Source of the DNA: Trichodelitschia bisporula
Lineage: Eukaryota
Assembly (NCBI GenBank): GCA_010356995.1
Contig: ML996687.1
Coordinates: 1,117,803 to 1,181,802, forward strand
Reading direction: 5' to 3'
Length of the DNA: 64,000 nucleotides
Shown here: positions 46,357 through 57,965 of the stretch, piece after piece
Position numbering within the stretch: position 1 is the stretch's first letter
How the letters are laid out: each line of letters begins with the position of its first letter
Made by a program: the position numbers and the translations under genes
Notes under the pieces: model-generated
Told to the model about the DNA's origin: nothing
The model's database searches: none
The model's input: the letters and a program-made list of their open reading frames with translations, nothing else

Positions 46357-47195
46357 GATTGCGGTTTCGTGCCGCACGTTTACAGGGGATGCGAGTGTGT
46401 TGTAGACTTTATGCGGAGACGGAGATGCGAGAGAACGAGGTTGTTTGGTAGTTGGAGTTTTGCTTTCGCTTAGGTGAATTTTGGGGTTCTGCAACACCAG
46501 TCGCCGGTTGGCCCGTGCGGCAAGTTACCCGTACTGCCAAGCCACGGACTTATCTGAGCCACCCGTGCCACCTTACGCCACGATCTCGAACGTCTCGTCA
46601 CTTAACCACCTTTAGCATTGACCGCACACTTCAAGCGAATTTATCAAAGCTCCAATTTTTCAACTAGTGATGCAGTCTCATGGCTACGTTACGTCATGAG
46701 CTAATCCCACAAGTTAAGCCTGCCCTCCATCCGTAGCACCAAATTTCATTTCTCAACCCCTCAGACCCAGTGCTCCCGAATTCCATACGCAATTGACCAT
46801 GCGCCATGAATAGCAAAGTAGTCTCCCAATCCTCAAAGCAATGCCACCTTCATCGCTTGCAAGTAAGTGCTACACCCCTCCATTGTGAGAAGTGAGGTTC
46901 ATAAGCTGTAGTTGTGTCGTGACCCCCATAAAAAAGCCGCCTGTACTCCCCGTTTTGATTAAATGAAAAGAAAGCCCCCCCCCCACCCCCGCCCCATGAA
47001 AGTGCCATATTGAGCTTGTGTCGTTACATAAGAAAAGAACGCCTACAAATGCAACCTCCCTTTCCCATCCGGCATTTGATGCAAGTCCACTCTGACGTCG
47101 TCAGTCGTATGCTTTCCACACTGAAACCCAAGATAAAAGCAGCAGAGCAAAACAACTAGTCAACCGAATTAGGAGACCTCAGAAGCCGCGGACGC

Positions 47196-50100
47196 CTAGT
47201 TCCGTCTGTAATCTCCAGCAGTCGTCATCTGAGTCACCCCGCGCGCCATCGTGGTTTGAATGCCCGGCTCCATAGCCTGGAACTGGCCGCTCCGAGGCCG
47301 CTGCGTATTCACCTGCGGGCCGCCCAGGTGATTTAAGTTGCTCGATAGGTAGGCACCAGGAGATGGATTGTTGAATCCGCGGTTGCTGCGCCGCCGTGAT
47401 AGGCCGGGATAGACGGGCGAGAACACGGAACGCGGCTGGCCGCCAGCTCCCACAGTCGTGAAACGGGTTGTATCCTGCGATTCTGGAGCTTGCTGAGTAG
47501 TCGCTCCCCGTAATGACTGGAGGGCCGGATTGCTGGTCAGGCCTGTACGACCACCTGCAAAGGGGTTGCTACGAGCAGGACCGGCCCCCATGGCCAGCTC
47601 TTCGCGTCTACGTTCGACAAGCTCACGCGCTCGCCGAACCCGCTCGTCATGCGAAAGGTTCGACCCAGTGGGGTTGGCTGCGATGCTGCCAGTTGGCGGT
47701 TGAGGCTCGGCAGCCGCCTGAGTCGCCTGCGCCGGCTGTGAATTCTCGTTGTCCCATAGGGCACGCGGCGATGAGCGAAGCTGAATCCGAGAAGGCTGCG
47801 GGCGCACCTGCGGCGACTGTGGTGGAACGGCATCGCGGAGGCCGACCTGTGAGGGCTGTCCACGAATGTTTCTATTGGAACTGCGTGGTCTGAGTGTCGC
47901 GGTGGAAGACTGTTCACGGAGGCGCTGAGTAGAGGGCCGAGGGCGCATCTGGTGGTTGATGAACGGATTACGTGTCTGGAATGCCGTACGCGCGGACCCG
48001 AACCCCAAGCCCGGGGGTCCCATCATGTTTGGCAACGGAGCTGGAGGAGTGAACATCGGCCACTGCCCAGAACCACGCCGCCCGCCGGCCGAAGGGGGTC
48101 TGTTCAGCCGGCTCTGGGGACGCTCAATACCGGTGGCAGCATGCACTGATGGTGTAGGAAAGACTGGGCTGGGCAGCGGTTGGGAGCTTGGCAACCGGTT
48201 GGCAGGGGCAGGTGCAGGTACAGGTGCAGGCGCTCCAGCTGTAGCTTGACCATTTGTCGAAGGCCCTCCAGAGGTCCTGCCACCACTTCCATTGAGCATA
48301 ACACCGCCACTCGTGGGAATGCCGGCGTTGGGATTGGGGCGCTCCAGATTGTGACGAGCGTTGGGGGAGCTTTGCCCAGCGCCGTCCATGCCCATGTGGG
48401 GAGTGCGCAACCGCGCAGGGCTGTTCATGGCTTGTTGGGCAGCACGTGACATGGCAACAGGGCTTGCGATGCCTTGCGGTGTGTTGGCACCATTCATCCG
48501 GTTGCGGTTCACGGTTCGCGGGCGCTGCACAGGGGTACGACGCAACTGATCAACATGGCTGCCAGACGTCTCCTGCGGATAGCTGTAATCACGAAGATCG
48601 TTGCGGTACTGGGCGAACATGGAAAAAATCCTTGGATTATAGGGGAGACCTTGTGGGTCCTGGGTTGTAGAGGCATCTGTTTCGTCGCTGTCAACGTCGC
48701 TGGCATCGAGGATATTTTGCGGAGGTACACGAGGGGTAGGCTGCGAAAGAGGAGTAAGGCGAATTCGTGAGCTTCGCGGGCGGAGGGTGCGGTTCATGTT
48801 GGTGTCGCCATCCCGGTCAACGTCGGAAGTATCGTCGTCGGCATCATTGTCTTCGTAGTGTTGGGTCGTGGACAGGACCGAAGACCTCCGGCGTAAGACT
48901 CGGTTGGGATCGGCGTTTGCGGTGCGCGACGCGGGGCGCCGGTCGGGGTGAGGACTATCTGCAGTAGGCGTTAGAGATCCCGCATTGCGCGCTCTGTCAT
49001 TGGATTGCAAGTTCGGCTCCCACCCAACAGTCGTTCCAGTGTCACTATCATCCCCCTCATCCATCTCATCGTCTTGCGTTCCCTGGCCGTGGAGCTGCGT
49101 GTATCTCCAGTGGTCCTGCAAAGCTTCGCGGGGAGAGATGGAGGACGGTACTCTCTGAAGCATTCTCGGCGTCTGCGCTCTCTGGCGAAGCTGGTGGTTC
49201 CTTCGAACAGCAGGAATCGGCCCTTCATCGTCATCGTCTTCTTCTTCGACAACGGCGGAGACTGTCGAATCAGACGGCGATTCCGACACTACCCGACGGC
49301 TCCTGCGGTTTTGGAAAGGATTCGCCTGAGGCTGCGAACTCTGCGAAGCCTGCAAGTTCTGCGAAGCCCGCGAGCTTTGGCTTGGGCCGGGGGTGCGAGA
49401 AGCATTCTGACGCAGGCGAGCACCCACGCGGGAAATTGGGACGTCGTCTTCCTCATCATCATCATCATCATCATCATCCTCCTCCTCGGTCTGCCAGGTG
49501 GCTTGCGAGCTGGACCCTGGTGACTGGACCGAGAAGCCGGTATTTGAAGCGGGAGACTGCGATCCGACCTCCGTGCCTCCGTCGTCGATGAAGTCGTTCA
49601 TCGAAGAGTCCTCGTCCATTTCTTCATCCTCTTCCTCGAGTTCTGGGAGTTCGGACGCGACGCTGGCCGAGTACCTATGGCTACCCGCTGCACTGTGGGC
49701 TGCGCGGCGACGCATACCTTGAGGAGGTACTCCGCCTTCGAGGAAACGCCGCATGGCGAATGGAGCATGAGAGCCAAACTCTCCGTACCAATCGAAATCC
49801 TCAAATTCTCCTGCATCTTCTGGGAAGGCTTGAGAATCGTCGTCCAGATCCATCTCCAACTCCATTTCCGCATCAAAGTCTTCGCTGGAGAAATCGTGTT
49901 CCGACGTATCATCGATGTCGCTCATTCCCCACGTGCCTGTGCCATTTTCATCGAAGGGTAAGCGGCAGTGATCGCAAACGCCGTCTGCTACCTCCCAGTG
50001 GCAGTACGGGCAGCGATCGACGTCATCTTGAGCGTCATGGACGGGCCGCATACGGCGTCTAAAGTGGCCGCGGAAGAGCCCACCATTCCTGCGATCCGTG

Positions 50101-50989
50101 TTGGTTTTGTCTCGCTGGACCATATCCGCCTGCTCCTTTTGCCATTCTGCATGCTGATCGAGCGTTTCACCGGTAGGGAGAAGCTCCGGTTTCTTGATGA
50201 GGTGATGGGTCAATTCCCGGACCTGGACGCATTAGCACTAGTTGCGAGAGTACTGAAGAAGATAAACGCACAAGATAAGAAGGCGCAGGCGCGTGATCCA
50301 ATGTCGTGCGACATTCGGGACACGACTTGCCTGATGCTCCGCCGCTCGATGGCGCACCGAACGAGTTGCAGAGACACTGTTGACGTCAGCTCAAGTTGAT
50401 GACTAGGATGGGGAGCAAAATTACGCTGTAGCAGTATGTATGGCCGCAGGATGTGGTATAGGGCTCGTAGAGTAGACCGTAGCAGATCTTGCAGGTTACC
50501 ATGGAGCGGATTGAGTCATGCTCGGTCTTCAGCAAGTTGAGCAACTACAGCGGTGGACAGGGGTTAGCGGATGCAAAAGCAGGGACACATGGAAGGAGGT
50601 ATACACACGTCGAGGTCCTTGTTGGGGAATGCCGGACTCTCACGACCTTTAGGCGCCTTGGAGACCAAGCTATCTCTGCTGGACGTCTTAGACTTCATGC
50701 CGTCGGTGGTGAGCCGCGTAGGCTGACGGGCTTTGGCAAGGTCGCTCGATGACGCTTTTGGCCTCGTGTGTGGCATTCCATCCATGGTGGCGCGCGAAGC
50801 GGTGACGGATGAAGAGGCGGTGGATGGATTAGATGCAGGCGAGTGTGGAGTGGATTTCCGGGGGATGTTAGGGGATGCAGAGGGAGGGCCGTGCTGCTGA
50901 TCCGCGGGTGTTGGGGTTGTAGCACTTCGTGGGGAGGCAGGCGTCGTCGACGACGACGACGACGACGGGGAAGTGACGCTCGAATTCAT
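47196..50989 (-). CDS. C3HC4 RING-finger E3 ligase (Psh1-like architecture) with a long disordered C-terminus
   Basis: Spliced RING: TCKICYGLLYEPYTTSCGHTYCYSCL...CPECR. Second Cys cluster RCPYCHWE..GVCDHC; acidic tracts; three short introns between 50223 and 50608. Confidence 0.85.
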
Positions 50990-52108
50990 GGCTGACACCG
51001 AGCCCGCATCGAAAGACGGGCCAGTTGGTTGCTGGAAGAACGAAGGCGCGTCTCGAATGGAAGAGGAAAGAGACGAGAGTATTAGTAGATTGTTTGTGTG
51101 TGTCGTGTGCGTGTCGTGTGTGGGTTGTGTGAGTGTGTGTCTCTGATGGAGTGGGGGTTTGTTGTAGGGGGGGGGGGGGGGGAAGGTGCTGCAGGCTACA
51201 GCAAGCGGGAGAGCGGGAGCTGAGGGAAGGTGGGAGGAAAGGCGGGAGGAAAGGTGGTGGATGATTGGGGGTGTAGTGGAGGAAAGAGGTTGATGAAAGA
51301 GGAGGAGGAGGAGGAGGAGGAGGAGAGAGAGGAAGTTACAAGGTGTAATGGCAGGGCTTGGGGATGACGAGAAGAGATGACAAGAGTTGCAGGTGCAGCA
51401 GTAGCAGCAAAGAGAGAGAGAAGAGTCCGCAGGAAGCGTGAGAGGCGAGAGAGAGAGAGAAGAGAGGAAGAAGCGGGGCGGATCTAGCTGGTGCAGCACT
51501 GGCTGCACTGACGGCATTGGCTGGGACTGGCCGGACAAGGGGGAGGGGGGCGGGCGTCGGTCACTTGGATGCCCAGAGTGTTAGCGCGAGAGACTCCGAA
51601 TGGTTGGACTTTATGGGACTTCCAGTTGAGTGGAAGTGTGAAAATGGGATAGACAAGAGGCAAAAAGAGAGAGATGGACAGAAGAAACAAGTGAGTAACA
51701 GAGTATGGAGCAAAGTCGAGAACGGACGGGAAGAGTAGCGAGACGAGATGGGAGTGGGCAGGAATCAGGAGGACAACAGGCGTCTGTTGTCCAGTTGTTC
51801 GCCTTGCCACGACAACTCCTCGTTCAAACCACACTCCAGATCTCCCCAAGGTCCTCCCTCCAGGTCCTCTTCTCCTCTCCTCTACGGTACCGTACCAGCT
51901 CCACCATGTCCTTCACCAACCACTAGCTTCCTCCACCAACCATGCCCGATTCCTACTACTCGCGAGACTCGCCCCTCCGCCTGATCTCCCTCCGCACCCT
52001 GACAACTATTACACTACTCTACATCCGTACTCTACTCTACTGAGCCCACTTCCAACACCTTCCCCGCCCCATCAAAGCCCGACATTAATATGAACGCCTG
52101 ATATGACA

Positions 52109-52240
52109 GGCATATCCTCTGGCATATCCTCTGGCATATCCTCTGGCATATCCTCTGGCATATCCTCTGGCATATCCTCTGGCATATCCTCTGGCATATC
52201 CTCTGGCATATCCTATGGCATATCCTCTGGCATATCCTCT
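52109..52240. repeat. 12-bp minisatellite (GGCATATCCTCT) x11
   Basis: Read directly; one unit carries a C>A variant (cctat). Confidence 0.97.
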
Positions 52241-53934
52241 CAACCTTTCCTTTGAGTATCAGATCGGCATTTTTTGACGCCTCTTTTCTTTGTATGTTGT
52301 CCTACGGGTGCCTTGCTCTCGCCGCACCTCTGCTTCTCACCACTCGTCTTCTCCTTGCAAACTCTCGTAAATACCTACACGCTGAAATAATACCCGACAC
52401 CAACGCCTTACTGGCGCTGTCTTCCAACCCCAGACAACCCGTTGCGGTTCGCGCAAACATGCAATTCTCTGCGTCAAGGTCCAAGGGGTCCAGACATTTG
52501 AGGTCTGTCCGACTCTCCGGCCCCCCCCCCCTCACCACCGCCGAACAATCGGACCACTGAATTGGATACTCAACTGGCGGGAATCGTGCATGCAATCAGA
52601 CCTCTCCCAAAGTCCGTCCACTCAAGTAACCCAACTTCCAAACTCCATCCCCATCACTACCACCATGCGATGGAGCTAACCGCCTGAGCCTCCTCGCGCC
52701 TACAAAAGACGCCGTTGATATCCCGCTGCACAGTGCACACCCTGCATCGCCTCCCAGCTCCCGTCGCATTATTTCCTCCAGACGTGCAACTCGAAGCTCA
52801 CGCCTCACGCCTCAATGCTTGCTTCCTCCCAATCGTTGCGCCGAGGAGAATTTCGGCACCTGGAAACTGCATGATTGGCCGTCCCGTCGAGCTCTCCAGG
52901 CCAATAGTCGCGCGCGAATTATCGATATTCGACGAGTCCGTACCCGCCACATGCTTCCCTATGGCCCCAGACGCTCCAGTAATTCCCCATTGATCCCTCT
53001 TCAAAAAAAACTAAAGCTGCAAACTAGCTCCCTCGACTGCAGTCGTCTGCTTCCGTGCCATGCGCTTTGTTTTGCTGCAACCCCGCGCGCCGTGCGTCCA
53101 AGGTCCTTGGTCGACGTCCGACTCCACGCAGTCGCATCGTATCCCGGGGCCAGCACTGGGTGCGCCTCCCCCACCCCCACCAACGCCACTTCCACTCGTC
53201 GCTGCAGACGTCCATTGACGACGCGGGGTCCGAGTCTCGTGTGATCAGTCCCCGAGCTTAGCTCTCCCGGTGGACGGGAGAGCGGCAGCCACGGGCGTCC
53301 ATTCGCCCGTCGAGCGAGACGCGCGGTGGGATCTCTGCGTCGCTTCCGATATCGTCGTCTCCCCGCACGCGTCCCTTGGTCGCTCAGCTGCGAGCTTGCG
53401 GCCGCGGAATGCGGCCCGAGCCCGTTGGATAGACCAGTCGACGTCCGGTAGGTTATCACTCAGCGCATCAGCGCTCGGCCAATACCACGCTGCGGGTTGG
53501 GGCCGTGTTGACATGTGTTCCGCGCGCGTCTAGCCCCGGCTAGCTCCGGTTGATGCCTGTCCCATTTATAAACGAGGGAGCTCGAGTGGTTTCTGCGCAC
53601 GTTTCCGCGTTGGGCTGAGAGCTTGGGTCTCCACAAGGGGCCGGACTTCGGCTGTTGGCAACGTCAAGTCACGTGTTTCACAACGACGACGGTGACGATG
53701 AGGACGAAGACAACGGCAACGGCAACAACGACGATCAGAGACCATGATGATGAATAGAGGAGGCTAACATTACTGACCTATAGGGTACGCCAGACTAAGC
53801 AACGGCCCGCTAAACTAGTCGCATCATCGTGACGCATCTCAACCAAGAAAACGCGTCGCTACCCGGGCTCCAAACACAATTAGCAATGTCCAAAAATCCA
53901 GCCCAGATTAAGGCAAATACGCGGCTTTCCGGTG

Positions 53935-55173
53935 CTACATCCTGACCTTGACATCCGGAATATCCATCGTATCCGTATACCCCATCCGAACATCCTCATC
54001 CCGCACAATCTCCTTCTCCGTCCGCTCCAAGAACGCAATCTGCGCCGCCAAAAACGCCTTAAAGTCCATCGTCTTGAACCGGCCACCTCCCCGGCGGTGC
54101 GCCTTGATCTCCCACAGCTTCTCCCGGATCCGCTCCTCCAGCATCTGCAGCCTGTACTCGCCGAACTGGTAGTACAGCTCCGAGAGATCGCTCACGGGCC
54201 GCACGGTGCGCAGCTCCGTGTCGTCCGCCACCAGCGGGTTGCGCGGCCGGAAGGATGTCACCGATGTGATGCGCTCGCGCGCGCCCAGCGCCCGCAGCGC
54301 TTGGTGCGTGATGTACCGCCCCTGCAGCACCACGGCGCAGCCCTGGCTGATCAGCCTGCCCTACTTACACACATTAACCGCGCCGGGGGGGAAGACTCAC
54401 CATGTCCGGCCCGCGCACCTTGATCACCTGCCCATCCGCCGTGCGCAGCGCCGTATCGCCACCGATCATATCCGTGCAGTCACTCAGCATTAGGACGCAC
54501 ACGAAGGGGTAGCTATCCGTGTGCCACCCGACGATGGGCTTGTCGTCTTCCCACGGGCACCCCGCGATGCCCTCGTCGTACGCGAACATCTGCTTTTGCT
54601 TCTCGATCTCGGATTTCTCGGCGGCGGTTTGCGCGGCGGTTTTTACGCTGAAGTTGATGTGCCCGATTTCGTAGTCCATCTCGGGGACGAGATCGATGCC
54701 AGCGATGGAGGAGAGGAGGCGCAGGGTGCTGGGGTGGCGCCAGGCGGCGTAGGTGAAGGGGGCGTATCTCGTGTGGTCGGTTAGCTAACCTGATACAAAC
54801 TCCCATGATGGGGGGGGGGGAGGGGAGCAGTAGCTCACTTCTCAGCATACCCGCGCAACTGGCACGCAGCAATATTAGACCGAAACGAGCAGTGCGCCAT
54901 GATTTCGGGGTTGAAAATCTCGGTGCGCATGGCTTCGACGGCTTCGCGGCTGAAGAGGCGGAAGGGCTGCGAGACGGCGACGGGCGACACCCCCGTGCCC
55001 TCTGGGAAGCCGAGGTCTGCCATCTTGATGACGGATTCGGGAGGGGAATAGGAGAGGTGCTTGGCGGCATCGAAGGTGGTTGGCTGCGGGGCTGATTTGG
55101 CGGGCGGCGAGATGATGGGCGTGTAGCCGGGCTGCTTGAGCGCGGTGCTCGGCATGGATTGCACGGCGGCCAT
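53935..55173 (-). CDS. Fungal 2OG-Fe(II) oxygenase-like protein, 3 exons
   Basis: H-x-D motif in WHTDSYPFVCVLMLSD, GGDTALR, LQGRYITHQAL, ERITSVTSFRP. TATAAAA on the minus strand near 55355-55361. Confidence 0.85.
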
Positions 55174-56854
55174 GATGGCTGTGAATGTGTCTGTTGAGTA
55201 GACTTGAGGTCGGTGAGCGTGTGTCTTGGTAGACTGGTGATGGTGGTTGGTGGTAACCAGAAGGCAGTGGGCTTTGAAAGGGGTAAATTAGACTATCTAA
55301 CGTAGAATCTGAATCGATAATGAAGAAGGGCGTTTGCATTGCGGCGCCTCCGCCTTTTATACTTCCCCTCCCGTGAATCACTGGTCATGTCACCTGTCCC
55401 TCCTGTTACTAGTTAGTGGTCCTAGTGACGCAGTGCGGTGCGGGGCGGGAATGCGGAAGGGACGCGCAAGGCCAGGAGGGGGGGGGGGTTCCTGGTTTCA
55501 TCCTGCATCGTGTGCGGGTGACTGAAAGGGATGCGTCTAGGTTCGTGAACAGGGAAAGTTAGGAACTGGAGTATGCTGGATAATGGGAGGCAAGGCCTCG
55601 CGATGTGGCGCTGGAATGCACTTCTGCTTTCTACCTAAGGCCTCCTGTGAGGATGATCTAGATCGGCGCAGGGATGCGGGGTGGGATAGCACCCTTGGGA
55701 TAGCTACCATCCGGGGGTAATAGAGGTGCGGGGATGGTAATAGTCATCCCGAACTGGGTTTTCGTCCTTGTTTCTGCTGTCGGGGTTGTGGCAATCGATA
55801 CACCTCAGCCGAGCTATTGATATTGATAGATGTTGATATTGATAGAGCTCATTGCAATTTGAAGCACATTGAAGCTTCCTCCCGCAATGTCCACGGGCCT
55901 CACGGCCTCACGATGCTTCTCCACCTTACCATGCCGTTCTGCGCCGCCGATCGGGGGTTCGCAGTACATCGAGTGTGGGCGCGGCTCTGAGGGGTGGGGT
56001 TGGGATGGGGCGGAGCGCGGCTGCGTCATGCACCCGGCGTACCTTGCGTCTAGTCGAGGACGGGTGGTTCGAGCAAGCGCGGGTAACGCGACCTACCACA
56101 GTGCTCCCCTCTTGCAATCTTCACGCAGGACGTAAAAGAACTAGGAATGAGTAGATAGTGGGTCGGGCCGCAATGGCTTCGACGAGAGATCCTGGCCGTT
56201 GGATGAGAACTTGGAATTGGAAGAGGCGAGGCGCCGCGCCGCGTACGCAGACCTCACGATGACATGCCGCCACGCCGCGGGGTCCCATCTCCACTTTGGG
56301 CTACCTGCATCGCGGCTGGGCTGCCCCGGGATGAGCCGCCATGGCCAGCGCTGCGGCCCATATGCGCGGGTCTAGATTCCGTGATGGTGGAAGCGAGGAG
56401 CGGAGAGGAAAGCGTTATCAATTGATCAGCCAGGCGCAAAAGTCTATTTTCCAACGGCTCCCGGCGCGCGATGGATTGCCGCTTCGGGTGCGCGGGTGCT
56501 GAATGCGGGGGGTAGAGAGGGGTGGTGATATTCGAGGATGGTGAGGTGAGGTGGTATTCCGGCGATGCCAGAAGCATGGAGCCGGAGCAACCCGTTCGCT
56601 CGTAGCAATTGGGCTGCCTCGCAATGCACAATGAGAGATGGCGAGTCGAGTCTTCACTTCCCCGCTCCAGTGCTTCCGAGCATCGCCTCGCGTTGTCGTC
56701 CGCGAGATGCAGTCCCCGGCAACCGGGTCCGTGCGCCTATCGATAAGATGCGCGATCCTTGCGTGGCACGAGGGCGCGGTTCATGCTGCGCTTCCCTCGG
56801 TGGCAGGCGGATTTCTGTGAACTTGATATCTGAACTCGAGTTTTCGCCAACTGA

Positions 56855-57382
56855 ATGATGGCAAAGGAAAAGGAAACCACGGATGAGCCGAAGGTGTGGA
56901 CGGAGGAGAAAGCGGCTAAGTTTGAGAGGTCAGTACCGCTTGATACAGACTTCGGTGCTATCGACGAGTTTGCCGATGGCAGGAAGTGAGTGAGGGGCTT
57001 GTGATGCTGATACCGGGCAGCAAGGCGTACAGCAAGTACTTCGATCCATGCCAGGAGGCCGCATCGAGGAGTCTCAAGTGTCTGAAGCGCAATGGAGGCG
57101 ACAAGGAGATGTGTCAAGACTACTTTGAGTGCGTCCCCCTCTATCATCGTGGTGCTTACTTTGCGCCTGCCCCGCTGTGAACTGCACCGGGCTGTTCTTG
57201 CCAGAGGGCAAAGGAGGGGTAATGAACCCTTGCTAACTGCCGACAGGGCCTATCGTGACTGCAAGAAGGAGTGGGTGCGTGATGTCTTTCCGCTTCAGGG
57301 CGTGTTATCGCAGGCCAGTTGTGCTGACATGTGCTAGATGACCCAGCGGAAGGAAGCCAAGGTGAAGGGATTGCTATGGTGA
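56855..57382 (+). CDS. COX23: Twin CX9C mitochondrial intermembrane-space cytochrome c oxidase assembly protein, 4 exons
   Basis: [42 protein letters not shown] after splicing. Confidence 0.9.
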
Positions 57383-57965
57383 AGATCCCGAGGAGATAGC
57401 GGATGTATCGCCGGTGACGGAGCCGGGGATGTCTACGATAAGGCTGCTGATGGAGGATGATGGCTGAGGCCGAACATGTACGCGCTCCCAGTAATCTAGC
57501 AAGGCCGTCGGTATTCTGCATGTATGGCAGAGATATCCCATTCCTTTGGCCAATCCCTCGTAGCGTGCACAACAGCCTTGTCATCCTCTCAACTCCGCTC
57601 ATCTAGCAGCTCCCTATTTCCTCTAGCTCCGCTTCAATAAAGCCCTCCGTCCATCACATCTCCGCCTGCGCCAAACTCTTCTCCACGCCATGCGCCATCC
57701 CGCTGCGCTATGCCTAATTCATCTAAGCTCCCGTACGGATGTGGCACTGTACTGCACGGCTATTGGCTCACGGTCCTCCTGATCGGCAGCCACACACTTC
57801 GGGCGCCACTTCACAAGTCGACCCCACGTCGTGATCTCCAACTTTTTGATATCAACACCAAAAAAACTGGTCCCGAGCTCAACGCTACACCCCTTTCGAT
57901 CTGTAACCTTTTGCTTCATTCTCTAAGGTGCGTGGCCGCGCCAACCACGCCTCCAGCCCGCGAAA

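Noticed and set aside
52109..52240. Repeat array as CRISPR
   Set aside because: Head-to-tail units with no spacers, in a eukaryotic genome with no cas genes.
56254..56657. Minus-strand ORFs upstream of COX23
   Set aside because: Low complexity with no recognisable family; probably promoter sequence.
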